NCBI GenBank assembly: GCA_963779925.1
Contig: CAVZZS010000007.1
Span: forward strand, 1 to 52,757
Direction: 5' to 3'
From: an uncultured Nanoarchaeota archaeon
GTDB lineage: Archaea; Nanobdellota; Nanobdellia; Pacearchaeales; GW2011-AR1
Length of the DNA: 52,757 bases
This document shows, one piece after another, positions 8,657 to 17,634 of the stretch. The notes beneath the pieces were generated by a model. It saw only the letters and a list, made by a program, of their open reading frames with translations, did no database searches and had not been told where the DNA came from. The translations under genes and the position numbers were made by a program. Numbering within the stretch: the first letter of the stretch is position 1; each line of letters begins with the position of its first letter.

Positions 8657-10105
8657 TTAATAGCTTCTACCAATATAGACCCAATAATCTGCAGGTTTTC
8701 CCGAAATTATGCACTTTTTACCCTTTACGGATAAATTCTCCGGAGAAATAAAAAGAGTTTTTGCTCCTCCTGTATCTGCTTTTAACTGCTCTTCGACTTT
8801 TTCGGAATTTGAAAGAGGAACAATTACCATATTTTTTTCTTTTACTAATTTTATCATCTCTTTTTTATTTTCTGTTTTTTTAATAGAACCATTTAGTAAT
8901 TTCTTTGCGTTTTCAAATAACTCTTCATGCATTTGATTAAGTAGCCTTGGAATCTCTCTTTTCAAATCAATGATTTTAACGGATATCTTATTTAGGTTAT
9001 TCCTCTTTACTATTATGACAGATTTCTTTTCAAGCTCTTTAGGGCCAATTTCTATTCTCAAGGGTATACCTTTAAGTTCCCATTCTGAATATTTTCTTCC
9101 GGGAGAGTATTCTTCGCGAGAATCTAGAATCGGATTAAATTCATTTAATATCTTTTTAATCTTCTCTGATTCATCTAAAACTTTCTTCTTTGTTTCATCA
9201 AATAATATTGGGACTATCACAATTTTATTCTCTGCAATTCTAGGCGGTATTACAAGACCCTTGTTATCAGAGTGCATTGCAAACATTGTTCCAAGCATTC
9301 TTGTTGATATCGCAAAAGTATTTTGCCATGCATATTCTTCTTTTCCCTGTTGATTAAGGAATTTGATATTGTAAGCTTTTGCAAAATTTTGTCCATCATG
9401 GTGGAAACAAGGCCCCTCTATTACTCTTCCATTTGGAATTATATAATGTAATTTTTCAGAAAAGACACCGCCCGCAAATTTTTCACTTTCTGTTTTTCTC
9501 CCATAAATACCCGGCAGAGCCATAAGCTCTTCGCAGACTTCTTCATATGCTTTTCTAATTTTTGGCCCTTCTTCCAATGCCTCTTTCTCCGTCGCAAAAA
9601 CGGTATGTCCCTCATTCCAAAGAAATTCTCGTGTTCTGAAAAACGGAACAGGGTTATTAAATTCCCATCTTACAACATTATTCCATTGATTTAATTTTAG
9701 AGGCAAATCTCTCCAACTTCGGATCCATTTAGAGTAAGATTCGTACATGATAGTTTCACTTGTTGGTCTTATAGCTAGTCTTTCACTCAGTTTCATATTG
9801 CCTGCTTCTGTAACCCAAGCTACTTCTGGCGCAAACCCCTTTACATGCTCAGCTTCTTTAGAAAGTAGTTTCTCCGGGATAAATAATGGAAAATATGCAT
9901 TCTCTATATTCATTTTTTTAAATTCTATATTGCATTTTTCTTGAATTTTTTCCCACATTGCATAAGCTAAAGGTCTTAAGATAATACATCCAGAGACAGA
10001 ACTATAATCTGCTAATCCTGATTTTAACATCAATTGCTGATACCATTCAGAAAAGTCTTCCTCCTTCCTTATGGTTATTCCTTCTTCGGATTTTCTTTCT
10101 TTCAT
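8657..10105 (-). CDS. proS: prolyl-tRNA synthetase (archaeal/eukaryal type)
   Basis: FSEWYQQLMLKSGLADYSSVSGCIILRP, RPTSETIMY and FRTREFLWNEGHT. C-terminal ...IGRSY ends in Tyr, as in archaeal-type ProRS. Confidence 0.93.
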   Translation of the reverse strand: MKERKSEEGITIRKEEDFSEWYQQLMLKSGLADYSSVSGCIILRPLAYAMWEKIQEKCNIEFKKMNIENAYFPLFIPEKLLSKEAEHVKGFAPEVAWVTEAGNMKLSERLAIRPTSETIMYESYSKWIRSWRDLPLKLNQWNNVVRWEFNNPVPFFRTREFLWNEGHTVFATEKEALEEGPKIRKAYEEVCEELMALPGIYGRKTESEKFAGGVFSEKLHYIIPNGRVIEGPCFHHDGQNFAKAYNIKFLNQQGKEEYAWQNTFAISTRMLGTMFAMHSDNKGLVIPPRIAENKIVIVPILFDETKKKVLDESEKIKKILNEFNPILDSREEYSPGRKYSEWELKGIPLRIEIGPKELEKKSVIIVKRNNLNKISVKIIDLKREIPRLLNQMHEELFENAKKLLNGSIKKTENKKEMIKLVKEKNMVIVPLSNSEKVEEQLKADTGGAKTLFISPENLSVKGKKCIISGKPADYWVYIGRSY

Positions 10106-10109
10106 TTAT

Positions 10110-10979
10110 CTAATTTATCAGAGTCTGATTTAAATTTTGTTGTGAAATAGTATTTATAGCTTGTTTTACATAATTTGATTCAAGTGCAAATCCCAGATTT
10201 TCACCGCCGCTTATCTTGAAATTGTTTATCCCTATAACTTCCCCCTGTTTATCAATTAAAGGTCCTCCAGAATTTCCCGGATTTAATGAAGTATCTGTTT
10301 GTATATATGCATTTAATCCATTAGCTCCTTGCCTGTTTACTGCGGAAATAATCCCCTCTGAAACAGAGAACTGCAATCCAAGAGGATCCCCAATTGCAAT
10401 GACTTTATCTCCAATTTGAACATTGCTTGAATTTCCAAGTATTAATGCAGGATATTGCCCTGAAATCTTTAGTAGAGCAATATCAAGATTGGAATTATAT
10501 CCGATGAATTGCGCACTTATCACATTCTGGTTATTGGTCACTACTTGTATATTTGAAGCTAAATTCCCATTCGGATCTGCAAGTACATGAGCATTTGTTA
10601 CAATATATCCTTGAGAACTGATTACAAATCCTGTCCCTTGTGCAGAAGATGTTCTGACTGTTACAACTGACGACAAAGCTGTTTGAATTACTCCTGAAAA
10701 ATCATCACTTGTGCTTGCTTTAAGCAAACTTATTTGGCTCTGAACCTGTTGTTGGGTGCTTAAAGTATTATTTTGCAGCTGAAGCAAATTCGAGGCGAGA
10801 GAATTAATCTGGGCCTGATTATTAGTTTGTAATTCAGACAAGGTATCTTTCAAGCTACTATAATGTTGAGTTTCTTGAACATATAAAGAATAATTCATTA
10901 TCCCCAAAAGAATAATCATGGCAAGTATAATGAAGCTGAATCCTCCAATGAGGATTTTATGATGCCTCTTTAATGCCAT
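10110..10979 (-). CDS. membrane-anchored trypsin-like (S1C/HtrA-type) serine protease without PDZ domain
   Basis: N-terminal TM, Q/N/S-rich coil, then GTGFVISSQGYIVTNAHV (His), DIALLKI (Asp) and NPGNSGGPL (Ser). The protein ends right after the protease domain. Confidence 0.85.
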   Translation of the reverse strand: MALKRHHKILIGGFSFIILAMIILLGIMNYSLYVQETQHYSSLKDTLSELQTNNQAQINSLASNLLQLQNNTLSTQQQVQSQISLLKASTSDDFSGVIQTALSSVVTVRTSSAQGTGFVISSQGYIVTNAHVLADPNGNLASNIQVVTNNQNVISAQFIGYNSNLDIALLKISGQYPALILGNSSNVQIGDKVIAIGDPLGLQFSVSEGIISAVNRQGANGLNAYIQTDTSLNPGNSGGPLIDKQGEVIGINNFKISGGENLGFALESNYVKQAINTISQQNLNQTLIN

Positions 10980-11029
10980 GCTTTTATTATATAAATAACA
11001 TATAAAAACTTAACTTGCCTCGAATTTTT

Positions 11030-11101
11030 AGGCTTGTGGTGCAATGGATAGCACAACCGGCTTCGGACCGGTTAATCGGGGTTCGAATCCTCGCAGGCCT
11101 A
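11030..11101 (+). tRNA. tRNA-Arg (anticodon TCG at 11063-11065)
   Basis: Hand-folded cloverleaf. Acceptor AGGCTTG/CAGGCCT, D stem GTGC/GCAC, anticodon stem ACCGG/CCGGT with loop CTTCGGA, T arm CGGGG-TTCGAAT-CCTCG. No encoded CCA. Confidence 0.85.
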
Positions 11102-11154
11102 TTTTCTTTTGATAAAATTTATAAAGTATTCTATATTAATTATTAAAAGAGGAA

Positions 11155-11892
11155 ATGGAAAGTAATAAGATTGTTACAATTGTTCTATCTGTTATTTTAG
11201 CTCTTGTTGTAATTATTGCCATAATTCTTTATTCTTCATCCCAGTCTCAAGTCTCTAATTTAAATTCTCAACTTCAAACGTCTCAATCTCAAATTACAAA
11301 TCTACAATCTCAACTTCGACAGGCTTCCTTGAATGTTAATAGCTCGGCCAGTATTTTTGATTCTGATTTTCATGATTTATTGCAAGCGCACACTTTTCTA
11401 TTAACTGAAACTGCTCGTCGTTCACCTTCGAATGTCGCCTCAAATGCAGCATTTAATGCTTCTTTAGCTCAGCTTCAGCATAATATAAACGAAGTCGGGG
11501 CCCTTTTAACACCGATATATGGATCTAATTCTCAACAATTAGTCAATTTGTGGAATCAAAAAGCAAATATTTTTATTAATTATAGCACTTCAGTTCAAAA
11601 TAATGATCCAAATGCAATGGTCTACTATAATGCAGCAGTTGCATCATATATTCCTCAAGTTGTAACCTTTTGGACAACTACAAGTAATTCCTATCCCATA
11701 CTGGATCAAGCCACAGCAATGCAATTGGCAACCCAGCATATGACAGATGTAAAAACAACTATAGATGCTTGGCTTGCAGGAAATTATACCCTTTACTATA
11801 ACGACTTGGAGGCTGCTTATTTCCAAATTGGGACATATGCAGATACTATTGCACAGGGAATTATTCAACAGAATCCTCAAAATTTCCAGTAA
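11155..11892 (+). CDS. hypothetical membrane-anchored protein with Q/S-rich coil (245 aa)
   Basis: N-terminal TM (IVTIVLSVILALVVIIAIILY), SQLQTSQSQITNLQSQL coil, then a helical C-terminal domain of unknown family. Confidence 0.55.
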   Translation: MESNKIVTIVLSVILALVVIIAIILYSSSQSQVSNLNSQLQTSQSQITNLQSQLRQASLNVNSSASIFDSDFHDLLQAHTFLLTETARRSPSNVASNAAFNASLAQLQHNINEVGALLTPIYGSNSQQLVNLWNQKANIFINYSTSVQNNDPNAMVYYNAAVASYIPQVVTFWTTTSNSYPILDQATAMQLATQHMTDVKTTIDAWLAGNYTLYYNDLEAAYFQIGTYADTIAQGIIQQNPQNFQ

Positions 11893-11914
11893 ATTTTTTA
11901 GAATTAATTAAATC

Positions 11915-13282
11915 TCAGATTATTCGTCTTTTCAAAATATCTTTTGTAATTTTCGAATCCGCTCTTCCTTTTGATTCTTTCATAACTTGCCCTATGAGGA
12001 AGTTTAATGCAGATTCTTCACCATGCTTAAAGTCTTCAGCAGCTTTTTTATTTTCGCCTATTACCTTGTCAACAACTTTTTCGATTTCTTTAATATCCGT
12101 AATTCTTTCTTTTCCCGCAAACTCATTTCCTGGCGAGAAGGATTTTGGGACGAATTTGTTTAGTGTTTTTTTGGCTTGCTCTTCAGTTATTTTCTTTTGC
12201 TGAAGCAATTTCAAGAGCTCAACAAAATGCTCTGGCTTAATGTCTATTTCAGGAGAATCTAGCGATGTTTTATTATAGTTCAAAACCCTTAATAATTCAA
12301 CAGTTACCCATGGTACTGCTAGCCTTGGATACACTTTATCGATTATCTTTTCGAAGAATTCTGCGATTTCAAGCTTCTTTGAGAGAACCTCTGCATATTT
12401 CTCTCCAATATTATATTTTTTAATTAGTTTTTGTAATTTTTCTTGGGGTGTTTCTGGGAGGGATTTTTTTATTTTTTCTATTCTAGAATTTTCAAGAAGA
12501 ATCATTGGCAAATCCGGATCAGAGATAAATTTGTAATCCTGTTCCGCTTCTTTTTCACGCATTTTCTTTGTAATACCCTTAGATTCATCAAACATCCTTG
12601 TTTCTTTAGACTTGGGAACACCTTCTTTTTTCTGCCGTAATTCTTCATACTCAATTGCAGATTTTATATTTTTCAGGCTATTTACATTCTTTACTTCTAT
12701 CCTTTCTCCCTTAAGTTCTGGAAGAGAAATGTTTACATCCGCTTTTAATCCAAGATTCTTATCTACAGACTTTATGTAACCTAAAGTTATTATTATCTGC
12801 TTCAGCCAGTCATAAACCTGCTCTGAAGATTTGAAATCTGGTTCAGTAACAATCTCAATTAAAGGGCTTCCGGATTTATTATAATCAATTTCTCCAGTTT
12901 TTGGGTTCCATGATGCGGGATCCTCTTCAAGATGAACTTCTCTGATTCTTATCCCTAAAAATTTCCCCCCAATACCTACAGGAAAAGCATGCGCTCCCGA
13001 AATTGTATTTTGATACCCTTTTGGCAGATCCGGCCAATCATAATGCTTTCTTTGCCATGCAAGCTCTTTGTTTATTTTGCATCCTAAAATCAAAGCAGTC
13101 TGAATTGTTTTATCTATTGCCTCTCTATTCGGAAGCATGGGCTTTGATCCGGGCTGTCCTGTGCATATAGGGCAAATATAAGTATTTGGTTTAGTTAACT
13201 TTGCTCCATGAATTGATTTGCATTTACAGAATAGCTTCTCTTTTGTTGCAAGATATCCGTGAATTTCCAAGCCAACAATCAT
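11915..13282 (-). CDS. gatB: aspartyl/glutamyl-tRNA amidotransferase subunit B
   Basis: GLEIHGYL, CPICTGQPGSKPMLPN, QRKHYDWPDLPKGYQNT and HLEEDPA. YqeY-like tail ALNFLIGQVMKESKGRAD. Confidence 0.9.
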   Translation of the reverse strand: MIVGLEIHGYLATKEKLFCKCKSIHGAKLTKPNTYICPICTGQPGSKPMLPNREAIDKTIQTALILGCKINKELAWQRKHYDWPDLPKGYQNTISGAHAFPVGIGGKFLGIRIREVHLEEDPASWNPKTGEIDYNKSGSPLIEIVTEPDFKSSEQVYDWLKQIIITLGYIKSVDKNLGLKADVNISLPELKGERIEVKNVNSLKNIKSAIEYEELRQKKEGVPKSKETRMFDESKGITKKMREKEAEQDYKFISDPDLPMILLENSRIEKIKKSLPETPQEKLQKLIKKYNIGEKYAEVLSKKLEIAEFFEKIIDKVYPRLAVPWVTVELLRVLNYNKTSLDSPEIDIKPEHFVELLKLLQQKKITEEQAKKTLNKFVPKSFSPGNEFAGKERITDIKEIEKVVDKVIGENKKAAEDFKHGEESALNFLIGQVMKESKGRADSKITKDILKRRII

Positions 13283-13370
13283 AATTAAAACATAAAATTA
13301 TAATTTATTAATTTATGGATAATTAAACAGAAGACAATAGTTTTTTATATTATTTAATGATTCTTTAGAT

Positions 13371-14660
13371 ATGGAAACAAAGGCTCAGCCTGGCGATAAT
13401 GTTGAAATTTTATTGATGAAGGATTCTTACAAAGGAACATTATTGCAAAGCCCCGAATCTGAAAAAGGAATTATTCTTTTAAAATTAAACTCAGGTTATA
13501 ATCTAGGACTGAACCGAAAAGACATTCGTGAAATTAAAATCCTAAAAAAATTCCATGAAGGAACAAAAGAAGATGTTGAGATTAAAAAAGACAAGGAAAA
13601 ACCAAATATTGCGGTGATAATTACCGGGGGGACAATTGCCTCAAAACTAGATCCAAAAACGGGGGGGGTTGATCCTTTAACCAAGCCCGAAGACTTTTTC
13701 AAATCCTATCCTGAGATCTTTGAAAAGGTTAATGTTCTAAAAATTGAGACTCCTTTTATGAAAGCTTCTGAAGACATGGATCCTTCCGACTGGCAGAAGA
13801 TTGCACGAACTGCAGAAAATTTGCTTAATGATGGAAATATTAAGGGGATAATAATTGCTCATGGAACAGATACTTTGCATTATACTTCTGCGGCATTATC
13901 TTTCTTTTTGAGAAATTTGAACAAGCCCGTTGTTTTGACTTATAGCCAGAGAAGTATTGATCGAGCTTCAAGCGATGCGAGATTAAATTTACAATGTGCA
14001 GCATTAGCAGCAATTTCAGACATAGCTGAGGTTATGCTTGTCGGACATGGAAGCACAAATGATGATTTCTGCTATGCAATACCAGGAACTAAGGTCAGAA
14101 AGTTGCATACTTCAAGGAGAGATGCATTTAAGGCAGTCAATTCAGAGCCTTTTGCTAAAATTTTTCCGGATAAAATAATCAAAATGTCGGATTATAGAAT
14201 GAGAGATGGCAACAAGATAAAATTAGATACAAAACTTGAAGAAAAAGTTGCTCTAATTCGCATTTACCCTGGACAAGATCCGGATATTCTGGATTACTAT
14301 TTGAAAAATAAATATAAAGGCGTCATTTTGGAGATGACTGGACTTGGACATGTTCCTACGAGCAAAGCAAAAAAATCATGGCTGAAAAAACTCAAGGAAG
14401 TTCAGAATAAAGGCATGATTGTTTGTGCAACGGCGCAGACTATTTTTGGAAGACTTGACCCTTATGTTTACTCTAATGGAAGAGACATCCTCGAAACAGG
14501 AGTTATTTATCTTGAGGATATGCTTTCTGAAGTTGCACTTGTAAAATTAGAATGGGTTTTGGGACATGAAGAATGGAGAAAAAGCAAGGAAATTGTAAAA
14601 GAAAAGATGCTTCAGAATTTCTCACATGAAATCAATAAGCGTTTAGAATTTGAAGAGTAG
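13371..14660 (+). CDS. gatD: glutamyl-tRNA(Gln) amidotransferase subunit D
   Basis: Asparaginase-like motifs ITGGTIAS, AHGTDTLHYT and MTGLGHV, with the archaeal GatD N-terminal extension. Confidence 0.92.
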   Translation: METKAQPGDNVEILLMKDSYKGTLLQSPESEKGIILLKLNSGYNLGLNRKDIREIKILKKFHEGTKEDVEIKKDKEKPNIAVIITGGTIASKLDPKTGGVDPLTKPEDFFKSYPEIFEKVNVLKIETPFMKASEDMDPSDWQKIARTAENLLNDGNIKGIIIAHGTDTLHYTSAALSFFLRNLNKPVVLTYSQRSIDRASSDARLNLQCAALAAISDIAEVMLVGHGSTNDDFCYAIPGTKVRKLHTSRRDAFKAVNSEPFAKIFPDKIIKMSDYRMRDGNKIKLDTKLEEKVALIRIYPGQDPDILDYYLKNKYKGVILEMTGLGHVPTSKAKKSWLKKLKEVQNKGMIVCATAQTIFGRLDPYVYSNGRDILETGVIYLEDMLSEVALVKLEWVLGHEEWRKSKEIVKEKMLQNFSHEINKRLEFEE

Positions 14661-14694
14661 TTGTAATAACTGTATAGGAGTTACATTCGTAAGA

Positions 14695-14702
14695 TTTAAA
14701 TA
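14695..14702 (+). promoter_or_regulatory. TATA-like box (tttaaata) for the NTase/phosphoesterase cassette
   Basis: The 8-mer ends 22 nt before the ATG at 14724. Identical box and offset occur at gatE, aspS and the 19230 gene. Confidence 0.45.
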
Positions 14703-14723
14703 GGAATTTTAGTTCTAGTTTTA

Positions 14724-15509
14724 ATGGCCAATATTGAAGAGATGGAATTAGTGCTTCTTTGTAATAGCAATTATGATAGTTATAACCGACTTGCTTCTTC
14801 ATTAGATAACTATGATCCTTTAAGGTACATGATGGCAATTTCTAATTCTGCTAATGAATCAGGAGCATCAGAAAAGATAGCATTTATAGGCGGTTTAGGT
14901 GTTTTAGGTAATCTTGTTAGAATCGTAGGGAATAAGGCGATTTTTCAATGGAGAGAATTTCATGATGTTGATTTACTATTAAAAGATAGAATTTATGAAG
15001 TGGCAATAAAAAGCGTTTTTGATAATATTGATGTTTATGAGCCCTCTAAATCTATTAGAAATAAACTGACTTTAAGAGGAAAGTCTACTGATTCAGAAAA
15101 ACGTACCCTTGAATCTGTGGCTGTAGATATATATCATCCTAATGGGAACCCCCGAAATGGTATAAATGTTGCTGGATTAAGAATTGATTCTGAATTTTGG
15201 GATAGATCCTTAACTACTCCTTTTTATGGAATTCCTGTTAGGTTTTTGGATCCTATTGATATTCTCAATCTTAAACTTAAAATCATTTGCGGAAATGATG
15301 GTCATCCTAGAACAAAAGATATCCAGGATATATATCATCTTCTTTCAGTAGCGGATAGTATTGGGTATGACCCACGAAAAGTTAAAGATAAAATTAGTAA
15401 AACTTATTCATGTCAAAGTTTAGACGATATATCATCTTTGCTTGATGCTGAAGAATTTATTCCTATAATTAAACTTGATTCTAAATATAAGAATAAAGCA
15501 TTAAAATGA
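14724..15509 (+). CDS. nucleotidyltransferase-fold protein, AbiEii/MenT (DUF1814)-like (261 aa)
   Basis: IAFIGGLGV...WREFHDVDLL fits the GG...R-x-x-x-D-x-D NTase pattern. Further acidic strand VAVDIYH. C-terminal RTKDIQDIYHLL resembles the AbiEii K/RDxxDl motif. Assignment is by eye only. Confidence 0.55.
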   Translation: MANIEEMELVLLCNSNYDSYNRLASSLDNYDPLRYMMAISNSANESGASEKIAFIGGLGVLGNLVRIVGNKAIFQWREFHDVDLLLKDRIYEVAIKSVFDNIDVYEPSKSIRNKLTLRGKSTDSEKRTLESVAVDIYHPNGNPRNGINVAGLRIDSEFWDRSLTTPFYGIPVRFLDPIDILNLKLKIICGNDGHPRTKDIQDIYHLLSVADSIGYDPRKVKDKISKTYSCQSLDDISSLLDAEEFIPIIKLDSKYKNKALK

Positions 15510-16126
15510 AGATTTTATTACTATCTGATATTCATCAGGATTATTTCTCAGCAGAAAATGCGGGATTAGTTGAAAATCCTGATCTTGTTCTAGATTGTGG
15601 GGACCATCATGAATTAATGACTTTATTTGAGCTTACTCCCCATTATTTTGTTCATGGGAATCATGAGCCTTTTAATATTACCTTAAATGAAGAAGGTTTT
15701 CCTTTGCCTTATAAAATCGATTCAAATGTTATTTATACTTTCAAGAAGGGGAAGATTTCATTAAACTTCGCCGGAATAGGCGGTAATTATTCTTCTCGTT
15801 TAGAAGATAAAAGCGTAAATGACTCTGATGTAATAAAATTGAATAGATTTGCTCCCGGGAGTATAAATGTATTGCTGCTTCATGAATCTCCTCTTAATGT
15901 TTCTCACTCCCAAGGGGGTTATAATCTGGCTCAAAAAGTTATAAAAGAAATAAAACGTATAAAACCAGAATATGTCTTTTCTGGACATTCTGGACGATTT
16001 AGTAAAAGAGATTTAGGCCCAATTAAGTTTATTAATTTGGATGATATCGCTCAAGGGTATGGCAGATTAGAAAGTACTCAAGAATCCTCTTTCCATTTTA
16101 GCAGAGTTCTTTCTAAATATCGTTAA
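15506..16126 (+). CDS. calcineurin-like metallophosphoesterase (206 aa)
   Basis: Ordered motifs LLSDIH (DxH), CGDHH (GD), HGNHEP (GNHE), LLHESP and SGHSG (GH). Its start overlaps the upstream stop (ATGA), implying translational coupling. Confidence 0.8.
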   Translation: MKILLLSDIHQDYFSAENAGLVENPDLVLDCGDHHELMTLFELTPHYFVHGNHEPFNITLNEEGFPLPYKIDSNVIYTFKKGKISLNFAGIGGNYSSRLEDKSVNDSDVIKLNRFAPGSINVLLLHESPLNVSHSQGGYNLAQKVIKEIKRIKPEYVFSGHSGRFSKRDLGPIKFINLDDIAQGYGRLESTQESSFHFSRVLSKYR

Positions 16127-16128
16127 AA

Positions 16129-16136
16129 TTTAAATA
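16129..16136 (+). promoter_or_regulatory. TATA-like box (tttaaata) for gatE
   Basis: Ends 22 nt before the ATG at 16158. Confidence 0.45.
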
Positions 16137-16157
16137 ATCCTTTTCTTTTTCTATTTT

Positions 16158-17600
16158 ATGTTTAAAAAATCTGAATTAAAATGCGGTCTGGAAATTCACC
16201 AGCAGCTTAATACAAAAAAGCTATTCTGTGAATGTCCCTCTATCTTAAGAAGTGAAGAACCTGATTTTACAATAAAAAGAAAATTGCATGCTGTTGCGGG
16301 TGAAAGCGGAGAAGTGGATATTGCTGCTAAGTATCAGGCTAGTCTGAATAAGCATTTTATTTATCAGGGATATGAAGATACAACTTGTTTGATTGAATTG
16401 GATGAATCTCCCCCTAGAGAAATTAATGTTGATGCTTTGAGAATTGCAACTCAAGTTGCTTTACTCCTTAATTGCAAGATAATTCCGATAACTCAAATAA
16501 TGAGAAAAACAGTCATTGATGGGAGTAATACTTCTGGATTTCAGAGAACCGTTTTGATTGCGCATGGGGGATATGTTGATACTATTCATGGGAGAATTGG
16601 AATTAGTAGTATTTGCCTTGAAGAAGATTCTGCTAGAATTATTTCTGAAAAAAATAATGAAGTGACCTATCGACTTGATAGGTTAGGAATACCGTTGATA
16701 GAAATTGCAACATCTCCCGATATTTCAGATTCGGAACAAGCTAAAGAAGTTGCTTTGTATATAGGAAATGTACTGAGAAGTTGCGATGTAAAAAGAGGAA
16801 TAGGAACAATAAGACAAGACGTCAATATGTCTATTTCAGAATCCAATTGGACAAGAATCGAAATCAAGGGAGTTCAGGAACCTGCTCTTATAATCAAGAC
16901 TATAAATTCTGAGATTGAAAGAGAAAAAGAATTAATAGACAAAAATAAAATAATTGAACCTCAGGTAAGAAAGGCTATTCCAGATGGTTCTACAGAATTT
17001 TTGAGACCAATGTCTGGAGCCTCTAGAATGTATCCTGAGACAGATTTGCCTTTGTTAAAAATAAAAAAAGACTTTATTGACGAAGTTAAAAGGAATCTTC
17101 CAAAGCTTTCTTCTGAATTGGTAAGTGAACTTAAAAGATTTGGATTACATGAAGAATTAATTAGTTTAATTCTAAAAGACAAGAGAATTGAAGAATTCAA
17201 GGAACTTATGCAGATAATAAAAAATCCGGAATTGGTTGCTAAAGTTCTTGTTCTTTATCCTAGAGAATTGGCTTCTAAGAATGATTTAAGTGAAGAAAAA
17301 ATTAAAGACATTCTTAATAAAGACATTCTTTCCGGAATATTGGAAGCTGTTCAAAGGAAGAAAATAACTGATAGGCAAGTTAGAGAAACAATGGAACGAA
17401 TAATCAAAGGAATTGAATTTTCTGATGCTCTTAAATTTGAAGAACATGATTCTGGAAAAGTTGAAGAAAAAATTATTAATCTTCTCAAAGAAAAGCCCGG
17501 ACTTTCGGATAATGCATATATGGGTTTGCTCATGAAAGAATTCAAGGGAAAAATTGACGCCAAAAACTTGATTGATATTATCAAGAGATATAAAGCATGA
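16158..17600 (+). CDS. gatE: glutamyl-tRNA(Gln) amidotransferase subunit E (compact, 480 aa)
   Basis: GLEIHQQLNTKKLFCEC, RKTVIDGSNTSGFQRT, IEIKGVQ and RMYPETDLP. YqeY-like tail AYMGLLMKEFKGKIDAK. Confidence 0.9.
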   Translation: MFKKSELKCGLEIHQQLNTKKLFCECPSILRSEEPDFTIKRKLHAVAGESGEVDIAAKYQASLNKHFIYQGYEDTTCLIELDESPPREINVDALRIATQVALLLNCKIIPITQIMRKTVIDGSNTSGFQRTVLIAHGGYVDTIHGRIGISSICLEEDSARIISEKNNEVTYRLDRLGIPLIEIATSPDISDSEQAKEVALYIGNVLRSCDVKRGIGTIRQDVNMSISESNWTRIEIKGVQEPALIIKTINSEIEREKELIDKNKIIEPQVRKAIPDGSTEFLRPMSGASRMYPETDLPLLKIKKDFIDEVKRNLPKLSSELVSELKRFGLHEELISLILKDKRIEEFKELMQIIKNPELVAKVLVLYPRELASKNDLSEEKIKDILNKDILSGILEAVQRKKITDRQVRETMERIIKGIEFSDALKFEEHDSGKVEEKIINLLKEKPGLSDNAYMGLLMKEFKGKIDAKNLIDIIKRYKA

Positions 17601-17605
17601 TTAAT

Positions 17606-17613
17606 TTTAAATA
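17606..17613 (+). promoter_or_regulatory. TATA-like box (tttaaata) for aspS
   Basis: Ends 22 nt before the ATG at 17635. Confidence 0.45.
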
Positions 17614-17634
17614 TAGTTATTATCTGTAATTGAA

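Noticed and set aside
14661-16157. Mobile-element hallmarks around the NTase/phosphoesterase cassette
   Set aside because: No integrase or transposase, no flanking direct or inverted repeats beyond the shared promoter-like atttaaata, and no tRNA-adjacent attachment site. It is therefore not called a mobile element.
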